Sequence record: MN871449.1
Length of the DNA stretch: 64,000 nucleotides
Direction: 5' to 3' (one strand)
Each line of letters starts with the position of its first letter. Position 1 is the first letter of the stretch. Position numbers and translations under genes: made by a program. This document shows positions 39,204-49,358 of this stretch, piece by piece. The notes under the pieces are model-generated. The model did not search any database. It saw only the letters and a program-made list of their open reading frames with translations, and was not told the DNA's origin.

Positions 39204-40835
39204 ATGCGTACTAACGATATCCCATTCAATATCTTCCTCATGGATTTAACCCCTCAACTGATACGGAGTATGCGACCGACCAGTACGACCGAGATCTTTG
39301 AAACCGGTACCCGTAATTTCCATAAGGACGGTTTATTCTCAGTAGAAACATTCGGTCCCTTAGGTTCACCTGAACGCGATGGGCGTTTCAGTTATATCGA
39401 ACTCCATACCCGTGTTTTTCACCCGCTCGTTTATAAACGACTCGGTTCATTAAAACGTCTTTATTTGGATATTCTGGAAGGGCGACGTTATGCCGTCTTT
39501 AACACAGAAACCTTCGATTTCGAACCCAGCAACGAAATGGAGGGCGAAACCGGCTTCTCCTTTTTTGTACGTCATTTCCCCGATTTGAAATTAGAAGAAG
39601 GCGATTCCGAACTCCGTAATCTCCGCGTGAAGCTCATCAACAAAAATAAAGACAAAGCGCTGACTGATAAAGTCCTGGTCATGCCGGCAGGTCTGCGTGA
39701 TCTGATGGTAGAAACCTCAGGGCGTACGAGTGAAGACGAAATCAACAAATTCTATCGTTCTATCATCTCAATCTCCAACAGTCTGGAGATGGGTCGTGAG
39801 CCTTCTGAAGACCCTTTAATCAATAACAGTCGTTTACAATTACAACGACAGTTCAACGAGATATTCGAAAGTATCTTTAACATGATTAAAGGAAAGAAAG
39901 GTTTTGCGGCTGCGAAATGGGCGTCACGTAAAATCATTAACGGTACAGCAAACGTTATTTCGCCAATGAAGATCACAGGGACTCGGATCGGTGAAACGAA
40001 TACGCCAGGGATCAACCACGTTCAGTTAGGGCTCTACCAGACCATCAAAGCGGTCCTGCCTAAGACACGCTATTTCTTACGCTCAGGTTGGCTAGGTGAA
40101 GTTTTCTCGGGTAACAGCGAAGATGAAATCCGTTTGACGAACCCCAAAACTCTCCGTGCTGAATACGTACAGCCCTCCCCGGAGGCCGTTGAACGTTGGA
40201 CAACCCGTGACGGTTTAGATGCCCAGATCACCCGCTATAAAACCCCGGCTTTCAGAAATAAACCAATTTTAATAGACGGTTATTACTTAGGACTGCTCTA
40301 TTGGGGTGAAGAAGGGTTCCGGTTCTTCGCTGATATCAACGAACTCCCAGCGGGTTTTGATAAGCGGTTTGTTAGCCCGATTAACATGACCTCGCTTTAT
40401 TACCTGTCCGGGTATCGTGAATGGGGTAAGTTAGCAGGCGTAGTGACTCGTTACCCTGTTACAGGACAAGGGTCGACTTTCATAGCAAACATTTACTGCA
40501 AACCGACTATTGTTTCTAGCGTAAAAGCTGAACTCGGCCACGACTGGCGGAGACTGGGTGACGATTTCATTTGTTTCGAATTCCCTGATCAAAGCAAATC
40601 GGTAGAGTACGTTAACTCTATGGGGATAGGCGTCAGCTATCTCTCTCCATTGGGTGCCGACTTCGATGGCGACCGTTGTACCTTTACAGCGATCTATGCC
40701 TCGGATTCTATTGCTGAATACGAAATGCTAAAAGGTCGTAAAGAATGGTTCCTCTCTTCCCGCGGTACTCTCTCTAAGAGCGCGGATGTTGATAACGTAC
40801 AATTAGTCTTACGTAACATTACTGGTGAAGCTTAA
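39204..40835 (+). CDS. rpoC: Virion RNA polymerase beta' subunit, N-terminal/catalytic part (phiKZ gp180-like)
   Basis: GLFSVETFGP, FSYIEL, LVMPAGLRD, KGKKG and catalytic LGADFDGD. Confidence 0.92.
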   Translation: MRTNDIPFNIFLMDLTPQLIRSMRPTSTTEIFETGTRNFHKDGLFSVETFGPLGSPERDGRFSYIELHTRVFHPLVYKRLGSLKRLYLDILEGRRYAVFNTETFDFEPSNEMEGETGFSFFVRHFPDLKLEEGDSELRNLRVKLINKNKDKALTDKVLVMPAGLRDLMVETSGRTSEDEINKFYRSIISISNSLEMGREPSEDPLINNSRLQLQRQFNEIFESIFNMIKGKKGFAAAKWASRKIINGTANVISPMKITGTRIGETNTPGINHVQLGLYQTIKAVLPKTRYFLRSGWLGEVFSGNSEDEIRLTNPKTLRAEYVQPSPEAVERWTTRDGLDAQITRYKTPAFRNKPILIDGYYLGLLYWGEEGFRFFADINELPAGFDKRFVSPINMTSLYYLSGYREWGKLAGVVTRYPVTGQGSTFIANIYCKPTIVSSVKAELGHDWRRLGDDFICFEFPDQSKSVEYVNSMGIGVSYLSPLGADFDGDRCTFTAIYASDSIAEYEMLKGRKEWFLSSRGTLSKSADVDNVQLVLRNITGEA

Positions 40836-40850
40836 AGGAGTTTCTCTGCA

Positions 40851-43800
40851 ATGAGTAATATTCAATACCAGCAATTTTACATGTCCTACGGGACACGTAA
40901 TAAAACGCGACTGGCTAACCCAAGAGCGTTCAATGTCGAGAACTTTATTCTCCCTAAGAATAGCATCGTCCATTATCTTCCCAGTAATGCCACTGACTTA
41001 GGTCCTGACGAGACGTTCTTCGCAATCCAAAAAGAAAGACTACGTCCCTACGCCGATAACATTACGGAAATGACACTCTTTAACGGCAGTCCTCGTCGGA
41101 AAGGAGCGTTCAATGTTGCTAACCTAAAACGGACGTGGTTGCAAAAGCGCCGTGGTTTCCGTCGGGTTACCGATATCGCCAGAGCATTAGACGACCGTAA
41201 CGCTGCGATTGTCGCCAACTACTCGCTCATCCCCATGCAGTGGCGTTACCTGCCGTTACCGATGGCCCGATTCTGGCGTTTCCAAAACCTGCTCGCTACG
41301 TTATACGGACAGGCTAAGTTCTACGCTGAACATTCTGACCGCCATCAGTTTATTCTGGTCAATGTCCCGGATGAACTCCCAACGAAGATGCAGTTAAACA
41401 TTTCAGTTGAGGATGCGGGTATCCCTATCCTCAATGCGTATCAGAATCAGCTCCGAGCACGTCCCGTTGCCCTCTCGTACGCAGATGTCTTCGATCTCCA
41501 TATGCCAGGGTTATCGAGTGAGTTACCGGCTGACGTGGCGCGAGAGGCATTTGATGAGTCAGCGCTGGGCTTTGAAAGCGACGACAGTTTCATTGCGGCG
41601 TCCGGTGTTTCACTGGAAGAGATGAATCGTATTCGTCTCGGGTATTTCCAGAATGACGATGCGCTCTTTATTCAAGACCTCTGGCAGTGGCTTGCTGAGA
41701 AACGGGAAAACTCGCTGTTGAACATGATCCCGGTCGAACATTACAGCAAGATTAATTTCGTCTTTATGCGAATGGGGAAATTCACGGTTCTGAATCTGGG
41801 CCTGCTTCACCAATGGACCAAATCAGAAACTAACCCGAAAGGCGATGCTTACGCACAGATCTCCCGATTGATGCTACAACACATCACTGCGCTGAAATTG
41901 CTGACCGGTGTGCAGGAACAGGTCACCATCGAAGAAACTATCCCGGATGAGAATACCGGGGAAAGTGAAATCCTCGAGATCACCGGTGACGCGGAAGAAA
42001 CGGTTGTGGTGGAAACAACGGAAACAGAAACCCAAGAAAACAACCCAGAAGAACCTGTCGTTAAAACCACCACAGTCAAAGCGCTCAGGGAAAAGATTAA
42101 CCAAGGGAAACCCGGTCTTCGTACGCAGTTAGTTGATGCCTTTAAGAGCGTCACTGAGGAGATTGAGACCACTGAACCGCCTCGCGCTGTTCGTCTGGTT
42201 GCTGCCCCTGACATTGACGCAGAGGTCATTATCGACCCACCGCAAGAAGCGGTTCAGGAATCGCCTTTGGTTTCAGGGATTCGAACCCAAGCAGAATCGC
42301 TCCTGAGTAAAGGGCTGATTAGCAATGCCGAGTACAAGCGTCATCTTCGTTTGGCCGAAAGTTACAAGGTTATTCCTTCCCCGTTCAACGAAAGCGTTTC
42401 GCTGGAAGACTACCGACAGATCCCGAAAGAAGTCGTCTGGAATTTTGAACCGAAGGTCATCGAGGATATTACCCACGTCAAAGATAAAAGCATGTTAAAA
42501 AGTACCTTGATCGACTTCGATCAAAAGTACGTTAAAGAAGTCATGCAAAAGGACGTGATCAATTTAATCCTTAATTTCCAGAAAGCCGGGTTTGCCATTA
42601 CCGACTTTAAAGTGGAACGCCAAGTCGATGCGTTAAATGACCTTTACGATTACACGGTGAAAATCTCGCCGGTTAAAGGCGCGCCTTCTACGGTTCGTTT
42701 CCAGTTACCGGTCATCGATAAAAATGGGAAATATAAAATCGGTGGGATTAAATACTTCATGCGCAAATTGCGTTTTGATAAACCCATCCGTAAGATCTCT
42801 CCATCGACCGTAGCGCTGTCCACGTATTACGGCAAGCTGTTTGTCGACCGCAGCGATAAACGTCGTTACGATTACGGAGAGTGGCTTAAAGATGCCATGA
42901 ACCGCGCGGCGTTAACTAACCCGCCGATCATGACGGAAATTGTTTACGGTAACTCGTTCAAAGATTCCCAACCGGTGCCCAGAACCTATTCGGCTATCGC
43001 CAAAGAGGTCATCTCGTTTGAGGCAGTGGGCATACAGTTTATTTTCGACTACGAGAACATCAAGAAAAATTTCCCGGATTGGAATGGAACAACGGATATC
43101 CCAGTAGGAAAACGCGGGAAAACTACGGTCACGATGGATAAAGAGGGTTACCTGCGCGCCGGTGCTGACAACCTCGGGCATATCGCAAAACTCCTTGGAG
43201 CTAACCCAGATGACCGTCCGAATGAATTGGTGACAATCTCTATCTTAGGACAAGAGTTCCCGTTAGCCATTGTATTGGCTTATCTGGAAGGATTCAGTCA
43301 GATGGTAGAAGGGTTAGAGATTCAGCCGGAACGGAGAACGAAAGGGGCGCGTGTACAACCCGACCCGAATACCTTCGAGATCGTCTTTGCCGATGAGATC
43401 TGGCGTATCCCAAGAAAGACACACCCTGATGTCTTGATCTACGCTTCGTTGCTTCTGTGGAAGGCTGCCCTGAAAAACTATTCTGTTGCAGAACTGGACA
43501 ATCGGGACAACTACAACGCACTGCTTTCTGACATGCAGTTATCAGGACGCTATCTCTACGAGTTCACTAACCTTAATGCAATCTTTATCGACCCGATCGC
43601 AGAAGAGAACCTGGAGATGATGAACGAACCCACCACGTTCATCCCGCTGTTGAAGAAAGCCGCCTTTTACTTGGCGACCGATGAATACCCGAGTGACCTG
43701 AGTTCAGAGGGCTCGTTATTCAAAGGTTACGAGCGTATGGCAGGAGCGGTCTACCGTACCTTCTCAGAAGCCGTCCGGAGACAATCTTCCAGTAACCTCA

Positions 43801-45338
43801 GTTCAAGGGCGTCTTTGGATTTCCCACCGTTCGAGGTATTGTCCGCGATACAGAAAGATCCCTCTGTTTCTCTGGTAGAAGATTCTAACCCTATCCAAAA
43901 CCTGAAAGAGAAAGAGAACCTGACTTATTCCGGTACTGGCGGCCGCGGTAAGCGTTCCATGACGAGACGTACCCGTGCGTTCCATCCGAGTGATATTGGT
44001 ATTCGTTCTGAATCCTCGGTGGATAACGGCGACGTTGGGATTAACTGCTTCCTGTCAGCGAACCCTAACCTCACCAGTTTACGTGGTACAGCACGGACTG
44101 AGAAAGACCTGAGTAAAGAGAAAGGGTTTAGTAATATCCTTTCTACTAGCGCATTGGTATCACCCTTTGCGACTTATGACGACCCGAAGCGCGTTAACTT
44201 TATCGGTATTCAGAGTAGCCACAAAATAAGCAGTGTAGGAGATGACCTCGGTTATATCCGCACGGGTTACGAGTTAATGATGGCCCACCGTAATGATGAT
44301 CTTTTCGCTGCCAGCGCAAAAGGTCAGGGCGTGGTAACAGAGAAAGGAAAGAATTACGTTGTCGTGAAATACGATGATCCCGCGCTCGGTGAAGACCGTA
44401 TCGAGATCGGACGTAAGTTCGGTATCGTGACAGGTCATACCGTCCCGCATGAGATGCGTTGTGATCTGGAAGTCGGTGCGAGCGTGAAGAAGGATACCAT
44501 TATCGCTTACCATCCGGGGTTCTTTGCGAAAGACTGGCGTGAGCCAGGTCAGGTCGCGTTCAAGAACGGGATCACCACAAACATCGCGTTGATGGAAAAC
44601 AACAACACCTTCGAAGACGCCAGTCTGATTTCAGAACGGCTCTCTAAGAAGATGGCGACGTTGGTGACGCATACCCGTGTCCTGATGGTGAACTTTAATC
44701 AGGCAATCCGTAATTTGGTGAGCGAAGGACAACACGTTGACATCGACGACACCCTCGCGTTTATCGAAGACGAAATCTCAGCGAACTTTGATTACTTTGA
44801 TGCCAGTTCTATGGAAACCTTAGCGCGACTCGGTAACCCAGCCCCTCGTGCAAAACACGTAGGAACGGTTGAGAAGATTGAGGTGTTCTATTTCGGTGAG
44901 AAAGAGGACATGTCGGATTCGGTTCGTAAGGTGGCGGATAAATACGACGCGATTCGTGCGAAAAACGTCAAGGTACTCAAGCAAGAAACGAGTCCGACCG
45001 GACAGGTCTTCACGCCGAGCCGGATCGACGGTTTGCCGTTAGAGATTGATATGATGGCGATTCGTATTTATATCACGCATCAGCGTGGTATGGGGGACGG
45101 CGATAAACTGGTGGTGGGTAACCAGAAGAAGTCGGTGGTAAGTGGTGTGTATAACGGTATTTGCCGTACACGTAACCCTGTACTGCCTGGCGGAGAACCG
45201 TGGGACATCGACCTTCAGTTCTCGTATCGCGCGATCAACGCACGTATCGTAAACTCCGCATTACTCCTTGGGATGGGTAACGTTCTTATTGAAAACATTC
45301 AGCAGGAGATGCTGAAAGCCTACGATAATGAACAGTAA
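40851..45338 (+). CDS. rpoB: Virion RNA polymerase beta subunit, N-terminal part (phiKZ gp178-like)
   Basis: 1495 aa with DPKRVNFIGIQSSH, FEDASLISE and GDGDKLVVGNQKKSVV motifs. Confidence 0.9.
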   Translation: MSNIQYQQFYMSYGTRNKTRLANPRAFNVENFILPKNSIVHYLPSNATDLGPDETFFAIQKERLRPYADNITEMTLFNGSPRRKGAFNVANLKRTWLQKRRGFRRVTDIARALDDRNAAIVANYSLIPMQWRYLPLPMARFWRFQNLLATLYGQAKFYAEHSDRHQFILVNVPDELPTKMQLNISVEDAGIPILNAYQNQLRARPVALSYADVFDLHMPGLSSELPADVAREAFDESALGFESDDSFIAASGVSLEEMNRIRLGYFQNDDALFIQDLWQWLAEKRENSLLNMIPVEHYSKINFVFMRMGKFTVLNLGLLHQWTKSETNPKGDAYAQISRLMLQHITALKLLTGVQEQVTIEETIPDENTGESEILEITGDAEETVVVETTETETQENNPEEPVVKTTTVKALREKINQGKPGLRTQLVDAFKSVTEEIETTEPPRAVRLVAAPDIDAEVIIDPPQEAVQESPLVSGIRTQAESLLSKGLISNAEYKRHLRLAESYKVIPSPFNESVSLEDYRQIPKEVVWNFEPKVIEDITHVKDKSMLKSTLIDFDQKYVKEVMQKDVINLILNFQKAGFAITDFKVERQVDALNDLYDYTVKISPVKGAPSTVRFQLPVIDKNGKYKIGGIKYFMRKLRFDKPIRKISPSTVALSTYYGKLFVDRSDKRRYDYGEWLKDAMNRAALTNPPIMTEIVYGNSFKDSQPVPRTYSAIAKEVISFEAVGIQFIFDYENIKKNFPDWNGTTDIPVGKRGKTTVTMDKEGYLRAGADNLGHIAKLLGANPDDRPNELVTISILGQEFPLAIVLAYLEGFSQMVEGLEIQPERRTKGARVQPDPNTFEIVFADEIWRIPRKTHPDVLIYASLLLWKAALKNYSVAELDNRDNYNALLSDMQLSGRYLYEFTNLNAIFIDPIAEENLEMMNEPTTFIPLLKKAAFYLATDEYPSDLSSEGSLFKGYERMAGAVYRTFSEAVRRQSSSNLSSRASLDFPPFEVLSAIQKDPSVSLVEDSNPIQNLKEKENLTYSGTGGRGKRSMTRRTRAFHPSDIGIRSESSVDNGDVGINCFLSANPNLTSLRGTARTEKDLSKEKGFSNILSTSALVSPFATYDDPKRVNFIGIQSSHKISSVGDDLGYIRTGYELMMAHRNDDLFAASAKGQGVVTEKGKNYVVVKYDDPALGEDRIEIGRKFGIVTGHTVPHEMRCDLEVGASVKKDTIIAYHPGFFAKDWREPGQVAFKNGITTNIALMENNNTFEDASLISERLSKKMATLVTHTRVLMVNFNQAIRNLVSEGQHVDIDDTLAFIEDEISANFDYFDASSMETLARLGNPAPRAKHVGTVEKIEVFYFGEKEDMSDSVRKVADKYDAIRAKNVKVLKQETSPTGQVFTPSRIDGLPLEIDMMAIRIYITHQRGMGDGDKLVVGNQKKSVVSGVYNGICRTRNPVLPGGEPWDIDLQFSYRAINARIVNSALLLGMGNVLIENIQQEMLKAYDNEQ

Positions 45339-45345
45339 CTGACCA

Positions 45346-45370
45346 CAGGGCGAGAAACGTACTCGCCCTG
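45346..45370 (+). terminator. Hairpin after betaN
   Basis: CAGGGCGAG-AAACGTA-CTCGCCCTG. Confidence 0.6.
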
Positions 45371-45413
45371 ATTCCCTACTTTTCAAAGCGCTTTGTAAAA
45401 TAAGGTTAAGAAG

Positions 45414-45605
45414 ATGAATAACGAAGGTTTACAGGAAATTGCGCAGACTAGCGTCGCCAATATTCTCGAAGTAGGGCGTCGCATTATGCTTGATGCCCGT
45501 AGCGAAGACCTCAGAATCCCCGATGGCGCTAACATCGAAGAAGACCTGGCCGCCGCCATTGGTGCTGCCATCGCCGCGCGTCGTGTTCAAGAGGGGATCG
45601 TGTAA
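45414..45605 (+). CDS. Small hypothetical (head/vRNAP-associated) protein
   Basis: 63 aa, TAATG coupling to the next gene. Confidence 0.65.
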   Translation: MNNEGLQEIAQTSVANILEVGRRIMLDARSEDLRIPDGANIEEDLAAAIGAAIAARRVQEGIV

Positions 45606-47137
45606 TGTTAAATAAAAAATCTATCGCCTTGGCGAAAACGGTCGTCAGTAATGAAGGACTGTTTCTTTTCCCGCGCACCGGTAGCGTGATGTTTAGTCCG
45701 GTGGCCGAATCTTTACCGCTCTTCCAGAGCCATAAACCGTCCATGGAGAACTACGACGCGGTGTTGTTCAACAACGCCCAGCGTACCATTGGGATGGCGG
45801 AACCGCACGAAGGAGCGGTGGCCGGTGCAGCAGAGGTAGTCGGCGGAGCGTTACTGCGTCAGATCGGGTATGTCCGTAACACCGTTGTTCCGTTGATCAG
45901 CGACGTTACCGGGAAGATCCTCGATCGCATGAAGGGTGTGGAACCGAAAGAGTTCACCATCACTCAATACGACCCGTCGCCGATCATCTACAACCCGTAC
46001 GTCATCGATACGTTCGGTCAGTACAAACCGAATGCGCCGCTGTTTACCCGAATCAAAAATGCCCCGGAAAAAACTGACGTCGATCTGATTGACGGAATGA
46101 AGACCGGTGTGAGCGAACTGGACGACGGGTTAGCGGATGCTATTGCGAAATACGGCGCCGATACCGTTGTTGCAATCTACAACGTCCTCTTCCGTAACGA
46201 GACGGTTGTACCGGTTTGTCCGGTGACCCGGTTCATTGCTGGTTTAGTGCAGCAGAAAGAAGGCCAGCGTTGTGTTGGTACCTTTACCGATGCGTCAATG
46301 ACTGATCTGGGTATTATTACCTATTTCCTGATTGACAGCTTTAGTCAAGACCCGCTGCCGGGTACCGGGTTAACCTTACCGGAATTCAACGCGACGATCA
46401 ACGCGATGAAACTCCAGTACGGCTACCTGATTCAGAACGGCCTGGGTTGGCTCAGCGGTTGCAGTCGTCGTGGACAGCTGGTGATTCGCTTCACCGGTAA
46501 AAGTCAGATTGCAACGACCTCAGAAGACGCAGAGATCGTTGTATTCGGCCCGGTCTACCGTCAGGGGCTCAGCCAGGGTTTAACCCCGGAGAGCGTGATT
46601 GGCGGCGTTCTAGACCCGAAAGGCGGTCAGCGTTTACTGACCCAGTTCCTGTCCAATAATGAACTGAACCTTAAACGCTGGCAGGCACTCGAAGTGCAAC
46701 GTCAACGTTATTCGCGCGACACGTTCCTTAAACGCCTATCTAACTGTTTCGTACCGGAACTTTCAGCAGCGCTGGGTGAACTGAACGATGACCAACTCCC
46801 GGGTGGCTTCAGTAAAGAAGAAGCGATGGCACGGGTGATTGAAGATCTCAAGTCCGGTAAGTTTTACGTTAACTGGAACATTGACAACGACCCGAACCTG
46901 TTCGAGTTAGTCAAACAGAAAGTCTGCCAGCACATCTTCACCTTTATCGATGCCGAGGACATTATCGACATCGTGGAAACGGAGATGCAAGAGAATCAGG
47001 AAGACGGGACTACCGCAGCCTATACCGCCGCGGTACGTTACCTGGCGAAATGGTTAGTGGCCAACTTTGACGTCCTGAGTTTCAGTGCAGCGGAAAAGAT
47101 CGGTATCATCGAAGCGGATGATGTTACGGTAGCTTAA
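45605..47137 (+). CDS. Conserved virion head protein (phiKZ gp177 / SPN3US gp243-like)
   Basis: 510 aa, located between betaN and the protease, with N-terminal SNE and SME sites. Confidence 0.6.
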   Translation: MLNKKSIALAKTVVSNEGLFLFPRTGSVMFSPVAESLPLFQSHKPSMENYDAVLFNNAQRTIGMAEPHEGAVAGAAEVVGGALLRQIGYVRNTVVPLISDVTGKILDRMKGVEPKEFTITQYDPSPIIYNPYVIDTFGQYKPNAPLFTRIKNAPEKTDVDLIDGMKTGVSELDDGLADAIAKYGADTVVAIYNVLFRNETVVPVCPVTRFIAGLVQQKEGQRCVGTFTDASMTDLGIITYFLIDSFSQDPLPGTGLTLPEFNATINAMKLQYGYLIQNGLGWLSGCSRRGQLVIRFTGKSQIATTSEDAEIVVFGPVYRQGLSQGLTPESVIGGVLDPKGGQRLLTQFLSNNELNLKRWQALEVQRQRYSRDTFLKRLSNCFVPELSAALGELNDDQLPGGFSKEEAMARVIEDLKSGKFYVNWNIDNDPNLFELVKQKVCQHIFTFIDAEDIIDIVETEMQENQEDGTTAAYTAAVRYLAKWLVANFDVLSFSAAEKIGIIEADDVTVA

Positions 47138-47148
47138 AGGAGTCGAGT

Positions 47149-47874
47149 GTGGATATCGCTCAGTGGAAACATAAACCTGATGCGATGAAAGCGACGTTAC
47201 GTGAACTCCCAAACGGCAGTCTGGTCACTACGACCGGCTGCCGGATTGTGATCCAAGAGTCCTTTCGCGCAAAACAATTGATCAGTATGGGTAAGCGTAT
47301 TATGATCATCGGCTTCTTTGCGATCTGTAACGAAGCGGGTGAATACGCAGTTTCAACCACACCCAGTATGATGGAAATCGCCCCGGCTGAAATTCGTCAG
47401 TTAGAGTACCAAGGTCGGAGCTATTACGACTTCCATTTTACTCCCGGTAGTACCGTGATCAAAAACTTGAACCTGGTCAAAGACAACACCCTTCTTTATT
47501 ACCTGTTTGAAGAGATTCTGGCCCGAGGAAGAATCCCATTCTTCTACAACTATATCTCGCTCAGCGGGTTCTTTGAAGAAACGAAAAAATACACCGGTAC
47601 GCAATTGGTGGCGACCCCGACCATCGGCGAGATGATTATCGCACAGATTGCGCGTTTATCGCATGACCGTAAAGTCCCACTTCGTGAGAAACTCTTCAGC
47701 TACAACGAACTCAAAACAACGCCGTTCACGTGGATTCCGTTACGTAACGTAATTGATGGTTCGTCTGATACCACAGCGAAGATCTCAGGGAGCTACACTG
47801 GCGATGGCTTGGATTCGGCGATTGTGAACCCTAACGAAGTCACGCAGCCGATTGAACGACTCTTGAGGGCGTAA
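47149..47874 (+). CDS. Probable virion RNA polymerase beta' C-terminal subunit (phiKZ gp176 / SPN3US gp244-like)
   Basis: GTG start after AAGGAG. The C-terminus WIPLRNV...TTAKISGSY..DGL.SAIVNP...IERLLR fits the beta' C-terminus, and synteny agrees. Confidence 0.6.
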   Translation: MDIAQWKHKPDAMKATLRELPNGSLVTTTGCRIVIQESFRAKQLISMGKRIMIIGFFAICNEAGEYAVSTTPSMMEIAPAEIRQLEYQGRSYYDFHFTPGSTVIKNLNLVKDNTLLYYLFEEILARGRIPFFYNYISLSGFFEETKKYTGTQLVATPTIGEMIIAQIARLSHDRKVPLREKLFSYNELKTTPFTWIPLRNVIDGSSDTTAKISGSYTGDGLDSAIVNPNEVTQPIERLLRA

Positions 47875-47876
47875 GT

Positions 47877-48602
47877 ATGTCACCATTTGAACGGTTAACT
47901 GCTTTCGTCCGTAAACAGCAAGAGCACGCCATCAACGCCTTACAGGTCGATACGCACCACCGCGTCCTTTATCATATCTCGCCTAATCCAAAGATCGACG
48001 TTTTCGTTCCGCGTGAAATTCAACGGACGATGGCGGGAGAAGATGAAAGTGTGAAACGGGTTTGTACCGGAATCACTGTGGTGGATTGTCTGCGAGGATA
48101 CGGTGTCGCGTTACGGGACTTTCTCGACAGTAAAGCCCACTGCGCGGGTGATGACACATGGCTCGGTGGCTATACGATCTACGCCATTGATGTAGAGGGT
48201 TCTTTGCGACCAGGGAAATCTATCTGCCCGATGGCAGAGTGGTCAGAAGAACGTTGGTTAGTGAATGTCGATCAGGAAGACCAACCCTACCCAGCGCGGG
48301 TCGTCGGGAAGTGTTTTATCGACGAACTTCGTTTGATCAAAGATGACTACCAGAAAAGTATTGAAACCCGAATCCTCATTGAGGTGACGGGTCCGTCCTT
48401 AAAGTTCTCGCCGTTCTTTTCGTTGAAACGCGGGTATTATCAGATGGTGCTCCCTGCGCTAGAACGGTACAAAGAAGAGCCGTTCGACCAAAGCCAAGTT
48501 GAGATGTTCCCGTTATCGAAGACAGAATTCAACGCTGCCAAGGAACGCAAGGCGGGACTGCTTTCGTATGAGTCGAGTTTCTCTAATATTGTACGATGGT
48601 GA
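47877..48602 (+). CDS. Putative ADP-ribosyltransferase-fold protein
   Basis: LYHIS...FVPR...ED...RVC....DCLRGY...YTIYAI...SEERWL follows the H...(Y)...E-x-W order of ART-like folds. Confidence 0.45.
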   Translation: MSPFERLTAFVRKQQEHAINALQVDTHHRVLYHISPNPKIDVFVPREIQRTMAGEDESVKRVCTGITVVDCLRGYGVALRDFLDSKAHCAGDDTWLGGYTIYAIDVEGSLRPGKSICPMAEWSEERWLVNVDQEDQPYPARVVGKCFIDELRLIKDDYQKSIETRILIEVTGPSLKFSPFFSLKRGYYQMVLPALERYKEEPFDQSQVEMFPLSKTEFNAAKERKAGLLSYESSFSNIVRW

Positions 48603-48606
48603 AATC

Positions 48607-49353
48607 ATGGGAATGTCATTTGAAGTAACGGCGCTGAAAGGAGTGAACCGGGTCGGTAACATTAAACGCCTCGATAATAACTACCTGGAAGTTATCCTGG
48701 GTGCGTTAGAGTTTGATAACAGCATCGGGGCAGTTTATGACCAGCAGCGTGTAGAACGTATCCTCGCTGCAAACGGCTTGTTCCAGAAGCGGATTAACGA
48801 AGGGTATTTGCGTGGTGAGTGGGGTCATCCAAAAGAGTATGACTACCCTGACTACCGTAAGTTCATTCAGCGCATCCACACGATTGATGAGCGGAACTGG
48901 GCGATCCATATCCGTAAAGTTTGGGTAGTACCGAACTTCGTGTTACCGAATGGTCAGCGCATTTGCGCGATCATGGGCGAAGTCTGTTCTACTGGTGCAC
49001 GTCGTGATGACTTTGATAAAATCATGGCTAACCCGGACGAGAATCTGGCCTTCAGTATTCGCAGCATGGCGACCGACAGAGTCGTGGGCGGGAAGGTACG
49101 TAAGTACGTTGATAACATCATCACCTGGGATCTCGTTAACGAACCGGGTCTTTCTGTTGCGAACAAATACATGTCGCCGTCTTGCGAATCGGCGTTGGTG
49201 GTTCCGGTTCAACCGGCAATCATTCGTAGTATGGCGGAAGATAAAAGTCTGGTTTCGGTAGAGTCCAGTTTTAAAGGGACGATTGATGCGATTCGTAACT
49301 TAGATCGCGCTACCTTACTTTCCGGGAAAAGTGGTCTGGTTGCACGTTGGTAA
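48607..49353 (+). CDS. Prohead (head maturation) serine protease (T4 gp21 / phiKZ gp175-like)
   Basis: LRGEWGHP (His), AFSIRS (Ser), ITWDLVNEPG (Asp), and C-terminal S-x-E sites SCE and SVE. Confidence 0.9.
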   Translation: MGMSFEVTALKGVNRVGNIKRLDNNYLEVILGALEFDNSIGAVYDQQRVERILAANGLFQKRINEGYLRGEWGHPKEYDYPDYRKFIQRIHTIDERNWAIHIRKVWVVPNFVLPNGQRICAIMGEVCSTGARRDDFDKIMANPDENLAFSIRSMATDRVVGGKVRKYVDNIITWDLVNEPGLSVANKYMSPSCESALVVPVQPAIIRSMAEDKSLVSVESSFKGTIDAIRNLDRATLLSGKSGLVARW

Positions 49354-49358
49354 ATAGA

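Noticed and set aside
39204-45338. Inteins or group I introns in the RNAP subunits or UvsX
   Set aside because: The ORFs are continuous, of expected size, and show no intein N- or C-terminal motifs or LAGLIDADG blocks.
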